DNA of 64,000 nucleotides from Patescibacteria group bacterium. Its GTDB lineage: Bacteria > Patescibacteriota > Patescibacteriia > UBA10025 > JAHIVO01. The stretch spans positions 422,611 to 486,610 of the forward strand of contig JBMOKY010000001.1 in NCBI GenBank assembly GCA_049325535.1. Reading direction: 5' to 3'. The notes under the pieces were generated by a model, which saw only the letters and a list, made by a program, of their open reading frames with translations, did no database searches and was not told the DNA's origin. This document shows, piece by piece, positions 19,593-27,106 of the stretch. Every line of letters starts with the position of its first letter. The stretch's first letter is position 1. The position numbers were made by a program, and so were the translations under genes.

Positions 19593-21944
19593 ATGGCCGT
19601 GACGCACCACAATTCGCCGCACATTTCAACATCCCGTAAACCAGCCGGGCATACTGGCGTGCCTCGTGAAAATGTCATTGATCTGCGCGCGGTGCGGCGG
19701 GCGGAGATGCAGCATATCGATTTACCCCAGCCAGCTCTTCGCGAACGGCTGGCACAACGTTTTCAGGATTGGCGCACCCGCCGGCAGAGCCGGCGGCAGC
19801 ATCGGCATGCTGAGCGAGCGATGCGTGAACACGTCATCGTCTCGCGTGCGCACGAGCAACCGTCTACACCAATCGTATTTTCCGGCACAAGCAAAACCGC
19901 GCCATCCTCGGCTGTGTCGGCTCATGACCGTGCGGATTTGCCAGCACCATCCACCCGGATTCGGAGGGGATTTGCTCTGGTACCCGGCTGGCCACGCCGA
20001 TTAGCGTGGTTTGCCGCCATGTGCCTGGTGCTGCTCATACCCGTTGTCGGTACTTCGGTTTATCGCCAGGTAGTGGAGGCGAAAGGTGTGGTACTGGGTA
20101 TTTCTTCCGATGCCTATGGCGATTTGCGACAGGCCGGGAGCGCCGCGGGAAATGCGGATTTCGCTGAGGCGGCTGACCAGTTCAGAGCTGCCGCTGAAGC
20201 ATTTACCGTCGCTCAAGGCGAGCTGGATTCAGCGGGCGGTATCCTGACGACGGTAGCCGGCGCTATACCGGGTAAGGTGCAGAGCGCCGAGTCTCTTCTG
20301 GATGCCGGTAAATACCTCAGTCAGGCGGGCGCTACCGTCAGCCAGCTGATTCACAGCCTAGCCGGCGTCAGCGCCGATCCTGCCGATACCGAACATTCGT
20401 CATTGACCACGTATTTAGCTATTGCCCGGGACAGTATGGAGCCGGTTGCGGCGGACGTGGATGCCGCAGTCACTGCGCTTCAGGCGGTGCGATTGAAGGA
20501 TTTGCCGGATGAGTATCAGCGACCGATCAGCACGCTCCAGCAGTCGCTTCCCATTGTTCGTGATCGTCTCACCGACTTCAGTCAGCTCTCCGATGCGCTA
20601 CTCTATATACTGGGTGACGATGCTCCCCGGCGGTATGTGTTGGCTTTTCAGAATAACCGTGAACTCCGGCCGACCGGTGGATTTATCGGATCCGTCGCGC
20701 TCGTGGACATCAGCCGCGGTAGCATAGAAAATATCGAGGTCCCTGGCGGCGGCGTCTATGATATTGCCGGGCAGCTGCAGGAAAAATTGATTGCTCCGAA
20801 GCCGCTTTGGCTGGTCAATCCGCACTGGAATATACAGGACAGTAATTGGTTTCCGGATTTTCCCGCGTCAGCAAAAAAAATGATGTGGTTTTTTGAGCGT
20901 ACGGGTGGTACCTCGGTGGATGGGGTGCTGACGCTGACGCCGACCGTCATCGAGCGGATGCTGGACATTACCGGACCCATCGATATGCAGGCCGACTATG
21001 GCATTACTGTCACTGCCGACAATTTCGTCAGGGAAGCGCAGACTTTTGCCGAAATAACCTATGACCGTGACGAAAACCAACCGAAGAAATTCATCGGCGA
21101 TCTGGTGCCGATTATCCTCAATCGGGTTTTTCACGCTGACACTGAAACGCTGACATCGGTGGTGGACGTGCTCATCGGCTCGTTGCAGGATCACAATATG
21201 CTACTGTATTTTTCTGATGCTCCGGTGCAGTCCCGAATCGCTGAGTATGGCTGGGACGGGGGAGTGCGGCAGGCGTCGGATGACTATCTGTACGTGGTCA
21301 ATACAAATATCGCCGGCGGCAAGACTGACCATGTCATCGATCAGTTTATCAGGCATGATACAACCATTTCAGCGGACGGAAGCGTGATCGATACCGTCTC
21401 ATTGACGCGAGTCCATCGCGGCAGCCCGGTAGATGCGTTTGATGGGCAGGCGAATGTTTCGTATGTCCGCTTCTATGTGCCCCAGGGGAGCACGCTTATT
21501 TCAGCTGAGGGATTTGATCGGATTCCCGCCAGCCGATTCCACCAGCCAGATCTGGATGCCCAAGCGGACACCGATCTCCAGTTAGTAGAGCGCAATGCCA
21601 CTCTGCACGAGCAGAGTGATACCCGCATCACGCAGGAATTCGGCAAGACGGCGTTTGGCAATTGGATCAGCATCGATCCGGGCGAATCACAAACCGTGAC
21701 GATACGATACCGTTTGCCGCAGCAGATTCATGTCGGCGGGTTTATCAATACTACGGACACCTATTCACTCTATGTCCAGTCCCAGCCTGGCACGCACTCG
21801 TCCGCATTTATTCATACGGTCGCGCTTCCAGAAAAGATGAAACTTCGCTGGGCTTCGGCTGACGCTCAAATCGCCGACCGTACCATCAGCTTTAGCGTCG
21901 ATCTGGACACTGACCGCCAGTTTTCCATATTGCTTGATAAATAA
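19593..21944 (+). CDS. DUF4012-like membrane-anchored protein with long basic/low-complexity N-terminus
   Basis: 783 aa; N-terminal ~130 aa Arg/His-rich region, one TM, then large exported domain with LAFQNNRELRPTGGFIGS motif that I recall as typical of DUF4012. Confidence 0.45.
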   Translation: MAVTHHNSPHISTSRKPAGHTGVPRENVIDLRAVRRAEMQHIDLPQPALRERLAQRFQDWRTRRQSRRQHRHAERAMREHVIVSRAHEQPSTPIVFSGTSKTAPSSAVSAHDRADLPAPSTRIRRGFALVPGWPRRLAWFAAMCLVLLIPVVGTSVYRQVVEAKGVVLGISSDAYGDLRQAGSAAGNADFAEAADQFRAAAEAFTVAQGELDSAGGILTTVAGAIPGKVQSAESLLDAGKYLSQAGATVSQLIHSLAGVSADPADTEHSSLTTYLAIARDSMEPVAADVDAAVTALQAVRLKDLPDEYQRPISTLQQSLPIVRDRLTDFSQLSDALLYILGDDAPRRYVLAFQNNRELRPTGGFIGSVALVDISRGSIENIEVPGGGVYDIAGQLQEKLIAPKPLWLVNPHWNIQDSNWFPDFPASAKKMMWFFERTGGTSVDGVLTLTPTVIERMLDITGPIDMQADYGITVTADNFVREAQTFAEITYDRDENQPKKFIGDLVPIILNRVFHADTETLTSVVDVLIGSLQDHNMLLYFSDAPVQSRIAEYGWDGGVRQASDDYLYVVNTNIAGGKTDHVIDQFIRHDTTISADGSVIDTVSLTRVHRGSPVDAFDGQANVSYVRFYVPQGSTLISAEGFDRIPASRFHQPDLDAQADTDLQLVERNATLHEQSDTRITQEFGKTAFGNWISIDPGESQTVTIRYRLPQQIHVGGFINTTDTYSLYVQSQPGTHSSAFIHTVALPEKMKLRWASADAQIADRTISFSVDLDTDRQFSILLDK

Positions 21945-21967
21945 ATAAGCTATCAGCGTGTATCTGA

Positions 21968-21995
21968 AGCCAATACATATTTTGGCTATTTTTAG
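21968..21995 (+). terminator. putative intrinsic terminator after the DUF4012-like gene
   Basis: Stem AGCCAA/UUGGCU followed by AUUUUUAG; weak. Confidence 0.3.
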
Positions 21996-22070
21996 CATTA
22001 AAAAAATAATTGTGGATAACTTTTTTTCTATTATTAGCCAAAAAAAGCAATATACCTCCTGATAGACCCC

Positions 22071-22099
22071 TTGACCCATAAACCATATAGGTATATGAT
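22071..22099 (+). promoter_or_regulatory. sigma70-like promoter, TTGACC-17 nt-TATGAT
   Basis: Near-consensus elements with 17-nt spacer in an otherwise non-coding AT-rich region. Confidence 0.4.
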
Positions 22100-22105
22100 A
22101 GTTCG

Positions 22106-22292
22106 TTACGCTATTGATTCTTTTACATCACATATAAACTCTTTGAGGAGAGAGTCACCGCAAACGCCGGTGGAAATGCGTTTGGTACAAGCCATGAATA
22201 GCGTACTATCGTAGTATTGCGCTCAATTATTACAACGACCAATAACTCAAGCAAAAAACGTCTCTCCCTCAAACACGGAAAGACGTTTTTTG
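22106..22292 (+). ncRNA. candidate small RNA (~187 nt) bounded by the promoter and an intrinsic terminator
   Basis: No credible ORF; 5' segment GUUACGCUAUU can pair with AAUAGCGUAC (22197-22206); internal hairpin CAAACGC...GCGUUUG; ends in a terminator. Confidence 0.3.
22253..22292. terminator. strong rho-independent terminator, bidirectional (A-tract upstream, U-tract downstream)
   Basis: AAAAAACGUCU / AGACGUUUUUU 11-bp stem with 17-nt loop. Confidence 0.5.
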
Positions 22293-22560
22293 TAAACTTG
22301 AAAACTCCTTTCAAAAAGTAGTTTTCAATGCTTTCCGCAAAGCAGTAGTATCGCTCGCCCGACATAAAGTCGATGCTCGCGATGCTCCAATAGTTTGTAC
22401 TTAGGGAAAAGGAGGACGAGTAATGGGTGCCACTCTGAGATAGTCGTGATCCGGTTTCGACTGGAACATAACTACCTCTGGCACTCGGTGCGTCGGTTAC
22501 TTCGGTGACTAAAGGCGCGCCTCTCGAATCCTTCTCCCTACATACAAATTGTCCTTCTAT

Positions 22561-22666
22561 ATCCTCCACATATCTGCTTCTAGGCCTCCCGAACATCTCT
22601 AATGTTCTCGAGGCCTCCTTTCTCCAGCGGTTAACGAGTTTTCTCATTAATTACTGAAGAAAGGAA
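22561..22666 (+). repeat. intergenic structured repeat, copy A (long form)
   Basis: Hairpin 1 AGGCCUCCCGAACAU..AUGUUCUCGAGGCCU, then CCUCCUUUCUCCAGCGG..loop with UCUCAU..CUGAAGAAAGGAAA; ~85% identical to copy B. Confidence 0.55.
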
Positions 22667-22687
22667 AAGAAAAAAAGGGTGTAAAAA

Positions 22688-22912
22688 ATGAAAAACCTTA
22701 AAAAAGCTCTTTACAACTGGTCTATACCAGTTTCCATTTCCCTAATCAGCATGTTACTTGCTGGTTGCACGATGGAAACGATCCTTGCAGTTTCATTACC
22801 TGGAGCAGTAATTTGCTTCGTCATTACTACGATTCTCTATATAAAGGTAATCGAAGCTGCAGTAATACTAGTAGTACTGTTGATTACAACATTTGCAAGA
22901 CACGCTATGTAG
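22688..22912 (+). CDS. small membrane protein, 74 aa, 2 TM
   Basis: ORF directly after repeat copy A; AAGGGUG SD 7 nt upstream of the ATG. Confidence 0.45.
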   Translation: MKNLKKALYNWSIPVSISLISMLLAGCTMETILAVSLPGAVICFVITTILYIKVIEAAVILVVLLITTFARHAM

Positions 22913-22936
22913 TTTTGCAAAAAAATCGCTACTTTT

Positions 22937-23041
22937 ATCCTCCACATCTGCCTTAGGCCACCCGAACATCTCAAATGTATCCCGTGGCCTCCTTTCTCCA
23001 GCGGTTAACGAGTTTTCTCATTAATTGCTGAAGAAGGGAAA
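22937..23041 (+). repeat. intergenic structured repeat, copy B (long form)
   Basis: Same two-hairpin architecture and conserved CCUCCUUUCUCCAGCGGUUAACGAGUUUUCUCAUUAAUUGCUGAAGAAGGGAAA. Confidence 0.55.
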
Positions 23042-23081
23042 TATGTTCATTGAGAGATCACAATCAAAATCGGAGGAAATC

Positions 23082-23600
23082 ATGAAGTTCGTATTCTTCG
23101 CCATCGGTATCATCGCGCTTATAGCTCTGGGTATCATTGCCCTAGTCGCCGAATACACATTCGATTCAGAGTGCGGCAACTATCTGAAGTTGGCCGGTGA
23201 TGCGCCAACTGTCGAAAAAGCCGATGAATTTCTCGGCTATGCGATTGGTTACATCGAGCGTGAGCGTCTCACCACGGGGAATAGTGGCGTCATTTTCAGA
23301 AGCTACCCCACCAATGACCTAGCCATCTGGTACGGTCAGATCAAGGGTGCGAAGCAAACTACCGAAAGCATCATTGATCGGACGAAGTCTGATTCTGCCT
23401 CAGTGTCGCAGTTGGAGCGCGACAACGCCCTGATGAAAATCAGGGAGGTTGTCCTCGACCAGGACGAGAAGGGAACGTCGGTGACGCATCCTGACTGGAT
23501 CATTTTCTATCCGAGTCAGGTGCTCTACTGGTTTGTATTCTGGATCGCCCTTATCGCGGTCGGGATATGTGTCATCGCGTTCATTGTTGGGTATAACTGA
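23082..23600 (+). CDS. membrane protein, 172 aa, N- and C-terminal TM helices (start at ATG 23082 with GGAGGAAAUC SD)
   Basis: ORF-track 23025..23600 begins at TTG inside the repeat; ATG at 23082 has a perfect SD. Confidence 0.5.
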   Translation: MKFVFFAIGIIALIALGIIALVAEYTFDSECGNYLKLAGDAPTVEKADEFLGYAIGYIERERLTTGNSGVIFRSYPTNDLAIWYGQIKGAKQTTESIIDRTKSDSASVSQLERDNALMKIREVVLDQDEKGTSVTHPDWIIFYPSQVLYWFVFWIALIAVGICVIAFIVGYN

Positions 23601-23621
23601 GATTGTGACGAACGTGATCAT

Positions 23622-23700
23622 GGCGAGGGACGTTCTATCCGTTCCTCGCCTCCTTTCTCCAGCGATTGATGGGTGATCTCATTGATTGCTGAAGAAAGAA
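23622..23700 (+). repeat. intergenic structured repeat, copy C (short form)
   Basis: GC hairpin GGCGAGGGACG..CCGUUCCUCGCC then CCUCCUUUCUCCAGCGA..UCUCAU..UGCUGAAGAAAGAAA. Confidence 0.5.
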
Positions 23701-23733
23701 ATCGCACGTTTACTAGTGAATAAGGGGCTAGTC

Positions 23734-24216
23734 ATGAAAACACTTTTAGGATTCGGAATCGCTTTTGCTGGTGCTGGCGTCGGGGTATTTGTCACTTACT
23801 TGTTTGGCCTTGCCTATGGCCTGCCACTCAAGTGGAGTGACATGACGTCGCACGAAAACCTGCCATTTATGGCAGTGGCGATCGTCGGTTGCCTCGCAAC
23901 CACTATCATCCGTGAGCTGTTTGGGCGGGTTATCGGCGGTCCGTTTTCAAGAACGGTTGACATGAATCGTTGGGCCGCCATTACGGCATGGTCGCTCGTC
24001 CTCGTCATATTGGTTAATCTGTACATACTTCCGTATAGCGGGTCGAGCTTCTGGGCCATGTCGCTCGTGGTTGGAAATTTTCTTCCGATGCTGCTGTACA
24101 ACGATTTGGAAAAAAGCATCGGGACAAAAAAGCAGTTTGCCCTGCAAACCCTCGGAGTCTCGGTACTCATGCTACTGGCCGCATACGCCGTCGCATGGGT
24201 ACATGTACAGCTCTAG
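23734..24216 (+). CDS. polytopic membrane protein, 160 aa (start at ATG 23734 with AAGGGG SD)
   Basis: ORF-track 23686..24216 begins at TTG inside the repeat; 4-5 TM helices. Confidence 0.5.
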   Translation: MKTLLGFGIAFAGAGVGVFVTYLFGLAYGLPLKWSDMTSHENLPFMAVAIVGCLATTIIRELFGRVIGGPFSRTVDMNRWAAITAWSLVLVILVNLYILPYSGSSFWAMSLVVGNFLPMLLYNDLEKSIGTKKQFALQTLGVSVLMLLAAYAVAWVHVQL

Positions 24217-24228
24217 CCTAGCCTAGTT

Positions 24229-24326
24229 TGTTCGAGAAGGTGAATGTCACAAAGACATATATCTCACCTTCTCGAACACCTTCTCCAGCGCAGTACGGGT
24301 AATCTCATACTGTGCTGAAGAAGGAA
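24229..24326 (+). repeat. intergenic structured repeat, copy D (diverged)
   Basis: Perfect 14-bp hairpin GUUCGAGAAGGUGA..UCACCUUCUCGAAC then CACCUUCUCCAGCG..UCUCAU..UGCUGAAGAAGGAAC. Confidence 0.45.
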
Positions 24327-24525
24327 CATTCAAAAAAAACTTATCACCGAAATGGAGGGGTAGTCTGGTGTACACCTGGCATATGCTGCGCGGTACCCAC
24401 TGCGTTATGTGCCTGGATATACCGTTGTCCGTCAGTCCAATTTATTGGGCAAAGGCGGGCGGCTCGCCTCCACTTCGGTGGTTAGATAGAACACGATCTT
24501 CGACAAAAAAAGAAAGGAAGGTATT

Positions 24526-24984
24526 ATGGAAATACCCCAGGAATATCATATCATTAGAATACTGGTGAATACCGGTATTCTGGCGCTGCCGTGGCTGAAG
24601 CTGCGGTCGCACCACTTCCAGGACCATTTCTGGAAGTCACCGGAAAACCGCGCCGGGTGGACGGCCTGGCTGCTGATACTGAATCTGGTGCTGGTCTGGC
24701 TGCCATTGCCGGACATCAATTACCAGTGGCCGTCAGTCGGAGGGTGGTGGGAGAACTTCGTCTCCTACTACATCACTGACGCGGTCAATCGCGTCGTAGG
24801 CTACTTCTTCTGCTATGCTGGAGGAGGAGCGCTACTGGCCATCTTCGGGGTCGGTTGGGCTGCTGGATTTCATCGCAATGCGGTGGGATTTGAGCGGACT
24901 GCCGCCAAGCTGTTTATCATCCTCGTGGGAATCGTTGCTGGCGGCTTCATAACCTTCTTCCCCTGGTGGTTTCCGGGGAACTGA
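24526..24984 (+). CDS. Trp-rich polytopic membrane protein, 152 aa
   Basis: GAAAGGAAGG SD upstream of the ATG; 4 predicted TM helices; no recognisable domain. Confidence 0.5.
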   Translation: MEIPQEYHIIRILVNTGILALPWLKLRSHHFQDHFWKSPENRAGWTAWLLILNLVLVWLPLPDINYQWPSVGGWWENFVSYYITDAVNRVVGYFFCYAGGGALLAIFGVGWAAGFHRNAVGFERTAAKLFIILVGIVAGGFITFFPWWFPGN

Positions 24985-25448
24985 CCACCACTTTCGGAAG
25001 GGGAGCGTATGCAGGTATTCACGATTGTTGTATAACGATTGTGAATCGGCTGCGCTCCCCCTCATTCTCGAACGTATGATCAATCATATGCTCGCGCGTG
25101 GGACGCGATATTGACAATATATCTTCTTGCGGTTATAGCTACTTATGTGCTCACTCTGGTGGGCACCGAAAAAGCTGCCGATGAGTTTTTAAAAGACGGC
25201 GCATCACTTCTTTTTGAGGAAAACTCTCTCCTCAATGCCCTCAATTATTTGAAGGCATATCTCAAAAAGTAGTACCCATGCGTTGTCGCTTGTCGGCAGC
25301 TTTTTGGTTTGCTATAAAGAACTGCTTGTGCAGCATTATTTGCGGGCCCACTCGCTTTCCCGTCAGGGCAACCTGGAGGTCCTTCGTATGACTTAGGATG
25401 GTTTGCTTTTACAAACCATTTTACGACACACTAATTATATAAATAGAC

Positions 25449-25477
25449 TTGATTTTTGAAGAAAAAGTTGTTATAAT
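25449..25477 (+). promoter_or_regulatory. sigma70-like promoter for murJ, TTGATT-17 nt-TATAAT; predicts a leaderless or near-leaderless mRNA
   Basis: -10 ends 9 nt before the murJ ATG (25487), so the predicted TSS is 0-3 nt upstream of the ATG. Confidence 0.4.
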
Positions 25478-25486
25478 TTTTTCATT

Positions 25487-27106
25487 ATGTTCAGCAGGAT
25501 TTGGCATAAATTAACCACCACCCTTACCGGTGGTGCAATTATTATCGCAGTGGCCTCGGTCGCAAGTCGGTTGATTGGATTGGTGCGAGATCGGCTGCTT
25601 GCCACACAGTTTGGAGCGGGAGATAGCCTGGACGTGTATTATGCCGCCTTTCGTATTCCGGATTTAGTTTTTAATGTTTTGGTTCTCGGCGCCTTGTCCG
25701 CGGCTTTTATACCGGTATTTGTCCAGTACATTGAGCGTGCTAAGGCTGGTACGCAGCAGAAGGAAGAGGTCTGGTATTTGGTAAATTCACTTCTGAATAT
25801 CTTATTGATCGGACTGTGTGTATTTGGCGCGGTTCTTTTTATTTTCGCTCCGCAGATTGTACCTCTGATTGCTCCCGGTTTTGATCCAGAGAAACGACTG
25901 ATGGTGGTGCAGATGACGCGTATTATGTTGGTATCGATACTCTTTTTCGGTGCGAGCAACATCATGACTGGCATTCTCAATTCCTTCAAACGGTATGTCA
26001 ATTTTGCGTTTGCGCCGGTACTGTATAATTTTGGCATTATTATCGGTATTTACGCCTTGGTGCCTCACTATGGTGTATACGGCCTGGCCTATGGTGTGGT
26101 GGTCGGTTCGTTTTTGCATATGGCGATTCAGCTTCCCGGCGTATTCCGCCTCGGCTATCGCTACCGTTTTGTGGCGGATCGGAAGCATCCCGGTGTTCGC
26201 GAAATCGGCCGGTTGATGGTACCGCGGACGTTTGGACTGGCGGTCAATCAAATCGACCAGTTGGTGAGCGTGATTATTGGTTCGACACTGGCGGTCGGTT
26301 CGGTAACGATTTTCAATTTTGCAAACAATCTTCAACATTTTCCTATCAGCGTGTTTGGCGTTTCTTTGGCTGTGGCTTCGTACCCATTTTTTAGCGAGGC
26401 ATCTGCTCGAAAAGATGGGGAGATGTTTGTCGTCCACTTTTCCACGACACTGCGGCGGATACTTTTTCTCATCATCCCCACGTCGGTATTGATTTTGCTG
26501 CTTCGGGCTCAGATTGTCCGAGTGGTACTCGGCGCCGGGGCATTTGACTGGAATGACACCTATTTGACCGCACAGACGTTGGGTTTTTTTGCCATATCGT
26601 TATTCGCACAGAGTACCATTCCGCTATTGACGCGCTCATTTTATGCCTGGCATGATACGAAAACTCCAGTCAAGGTCGGCTTGCTGAGCGTCGGCGCGAA
26701 TATCCTCGGCGCGTATATTCTCAGTCGTATATTTGGCGTGATCGGACTGGGTGTTTCGTATTCTATCGCCAGCATCATACAGATGGCCGTTTTGTTCTGG
26801 CTATTGAGACGGCAGCGTGGGTATCTCGACGACCGGAAAATAATATACTCTGTGACTAAAATAGTCCTGATTAGCGCCATGATGGGCGCCATCGTCATCG
26901 GCGCAAAATATGTACTGGCGCTCGGGGTGAACATGCAGTCGTTTGTCGGTATTTTCATCCAGGGGATGGGCGCGGGAATAGTCGGGCTGGTCAGCTATAT
27001 GGTTTTAGCGTTCGTGTTCCGCTGCGATGAAATCACGATAATTACTCAATGGATTCAGAAAGCCCGGCTGCAATTATTTAATGGAAAGACTCCTGCCCAT
27101 GACTAG
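25487..27106 (+). CDS. murJ: lipid II flippase MurJ
   Basis: MviN/MurJ signature region RLIGLVRDRLLATQFGAGDSLDVYYAAFRIPD; 14-TM MOP-family protein; 539 aa. Confidence 0.85.
   Translation: MFSRIWHKLTTTLTGGAIIIAVASVASRLIGLVRDRLLATQFGAGDSLDVYYAAFRIPDLVFNVLVLGALSAAFIPVFVQYIERAKAGTQQKEEVWYLVNSLLNILLIGLCVFGAVLFIFAPQIVPLIAPGFDPEKRLMVVQMTRIMLVSILFFGASNIMTGILNSFKRYVNFAFAPVLYNFGIIIGIYALVPHYGVYGLAYGVVVGSFLHMAIQLPGVFRLGYRYRFVADRKHPGVREIGRLMVPRTFGLAVNQIDQLVSVIIGSTLAVGSVTIFNFANNLQHFPISVFGVSLAVASYPFFSEASARKDGEMFVVHFSTTLRRILFLIIPTSVLILLLRAQIVRVVLGAGAFDWNDTYLTAQTLGFFAISLFAQSTIPLLTRSFYAWHDTKTPVKVGLLSVGANILGAYILSRIFGVIGLGVSYSIASIIQMAVLFWLLRRQRGYLDDRKIIYSVTKIVLISAMMGAIVIGAKYVLALGVNMQSFVGIFIQGMGAGIVGLVSYMVLAFVFRCDEITIITQWIQKARLQLFNGKTPAHD

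Noticed and set aside
22300-22535. Possible tmRNA on the minus strand (GGGAGAAGGAUUCGAGAGG resembles the tmRNA 5' GGAUUCGACGGG region)
   Set aside because: No T-arm GUUCGAAUCC or CCA acceptor end, no tag-peptide reading frame ending in ALAA-like residues, and the length to the downstream terminator is too short. Kept only as an unexplained structured region.
22123-22647. ORF-track minus-strand ORF of 174 aa
   Set aside because: It spans the promoter, the sRNA candidate, a bidirectional terminator and a repeat copy. It has no SD and low-complexity translation. It is most likely a non-coding region.
22561-24326. Integron-like attC array (CALIN) as the explanation for the four repeats flanking single-gene cassettes
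   Set aside because: No intI or any tyrosine recombinase in the window. Repeats lack recognisable R''(RYYYAAC)/R'(GUURRRY) core sites. Conserved parts carry SD and anti-SD-like sequence adjacent to start codons, so a regulatory or REP-like role is favoured. Not fully excluded.
25111-25272. Possible ~53-aa TTG-initiated small ORF (TM helix plus EKAADEFLKDGASLLFEENSLLNALNYLKAYLKK) in the 450-nt gap before murJ
   Set aside because: It has no ATG or convincing SD, and it lies in the same frame as read-through from the upstream gene. It could be real but evidence is insufficient.
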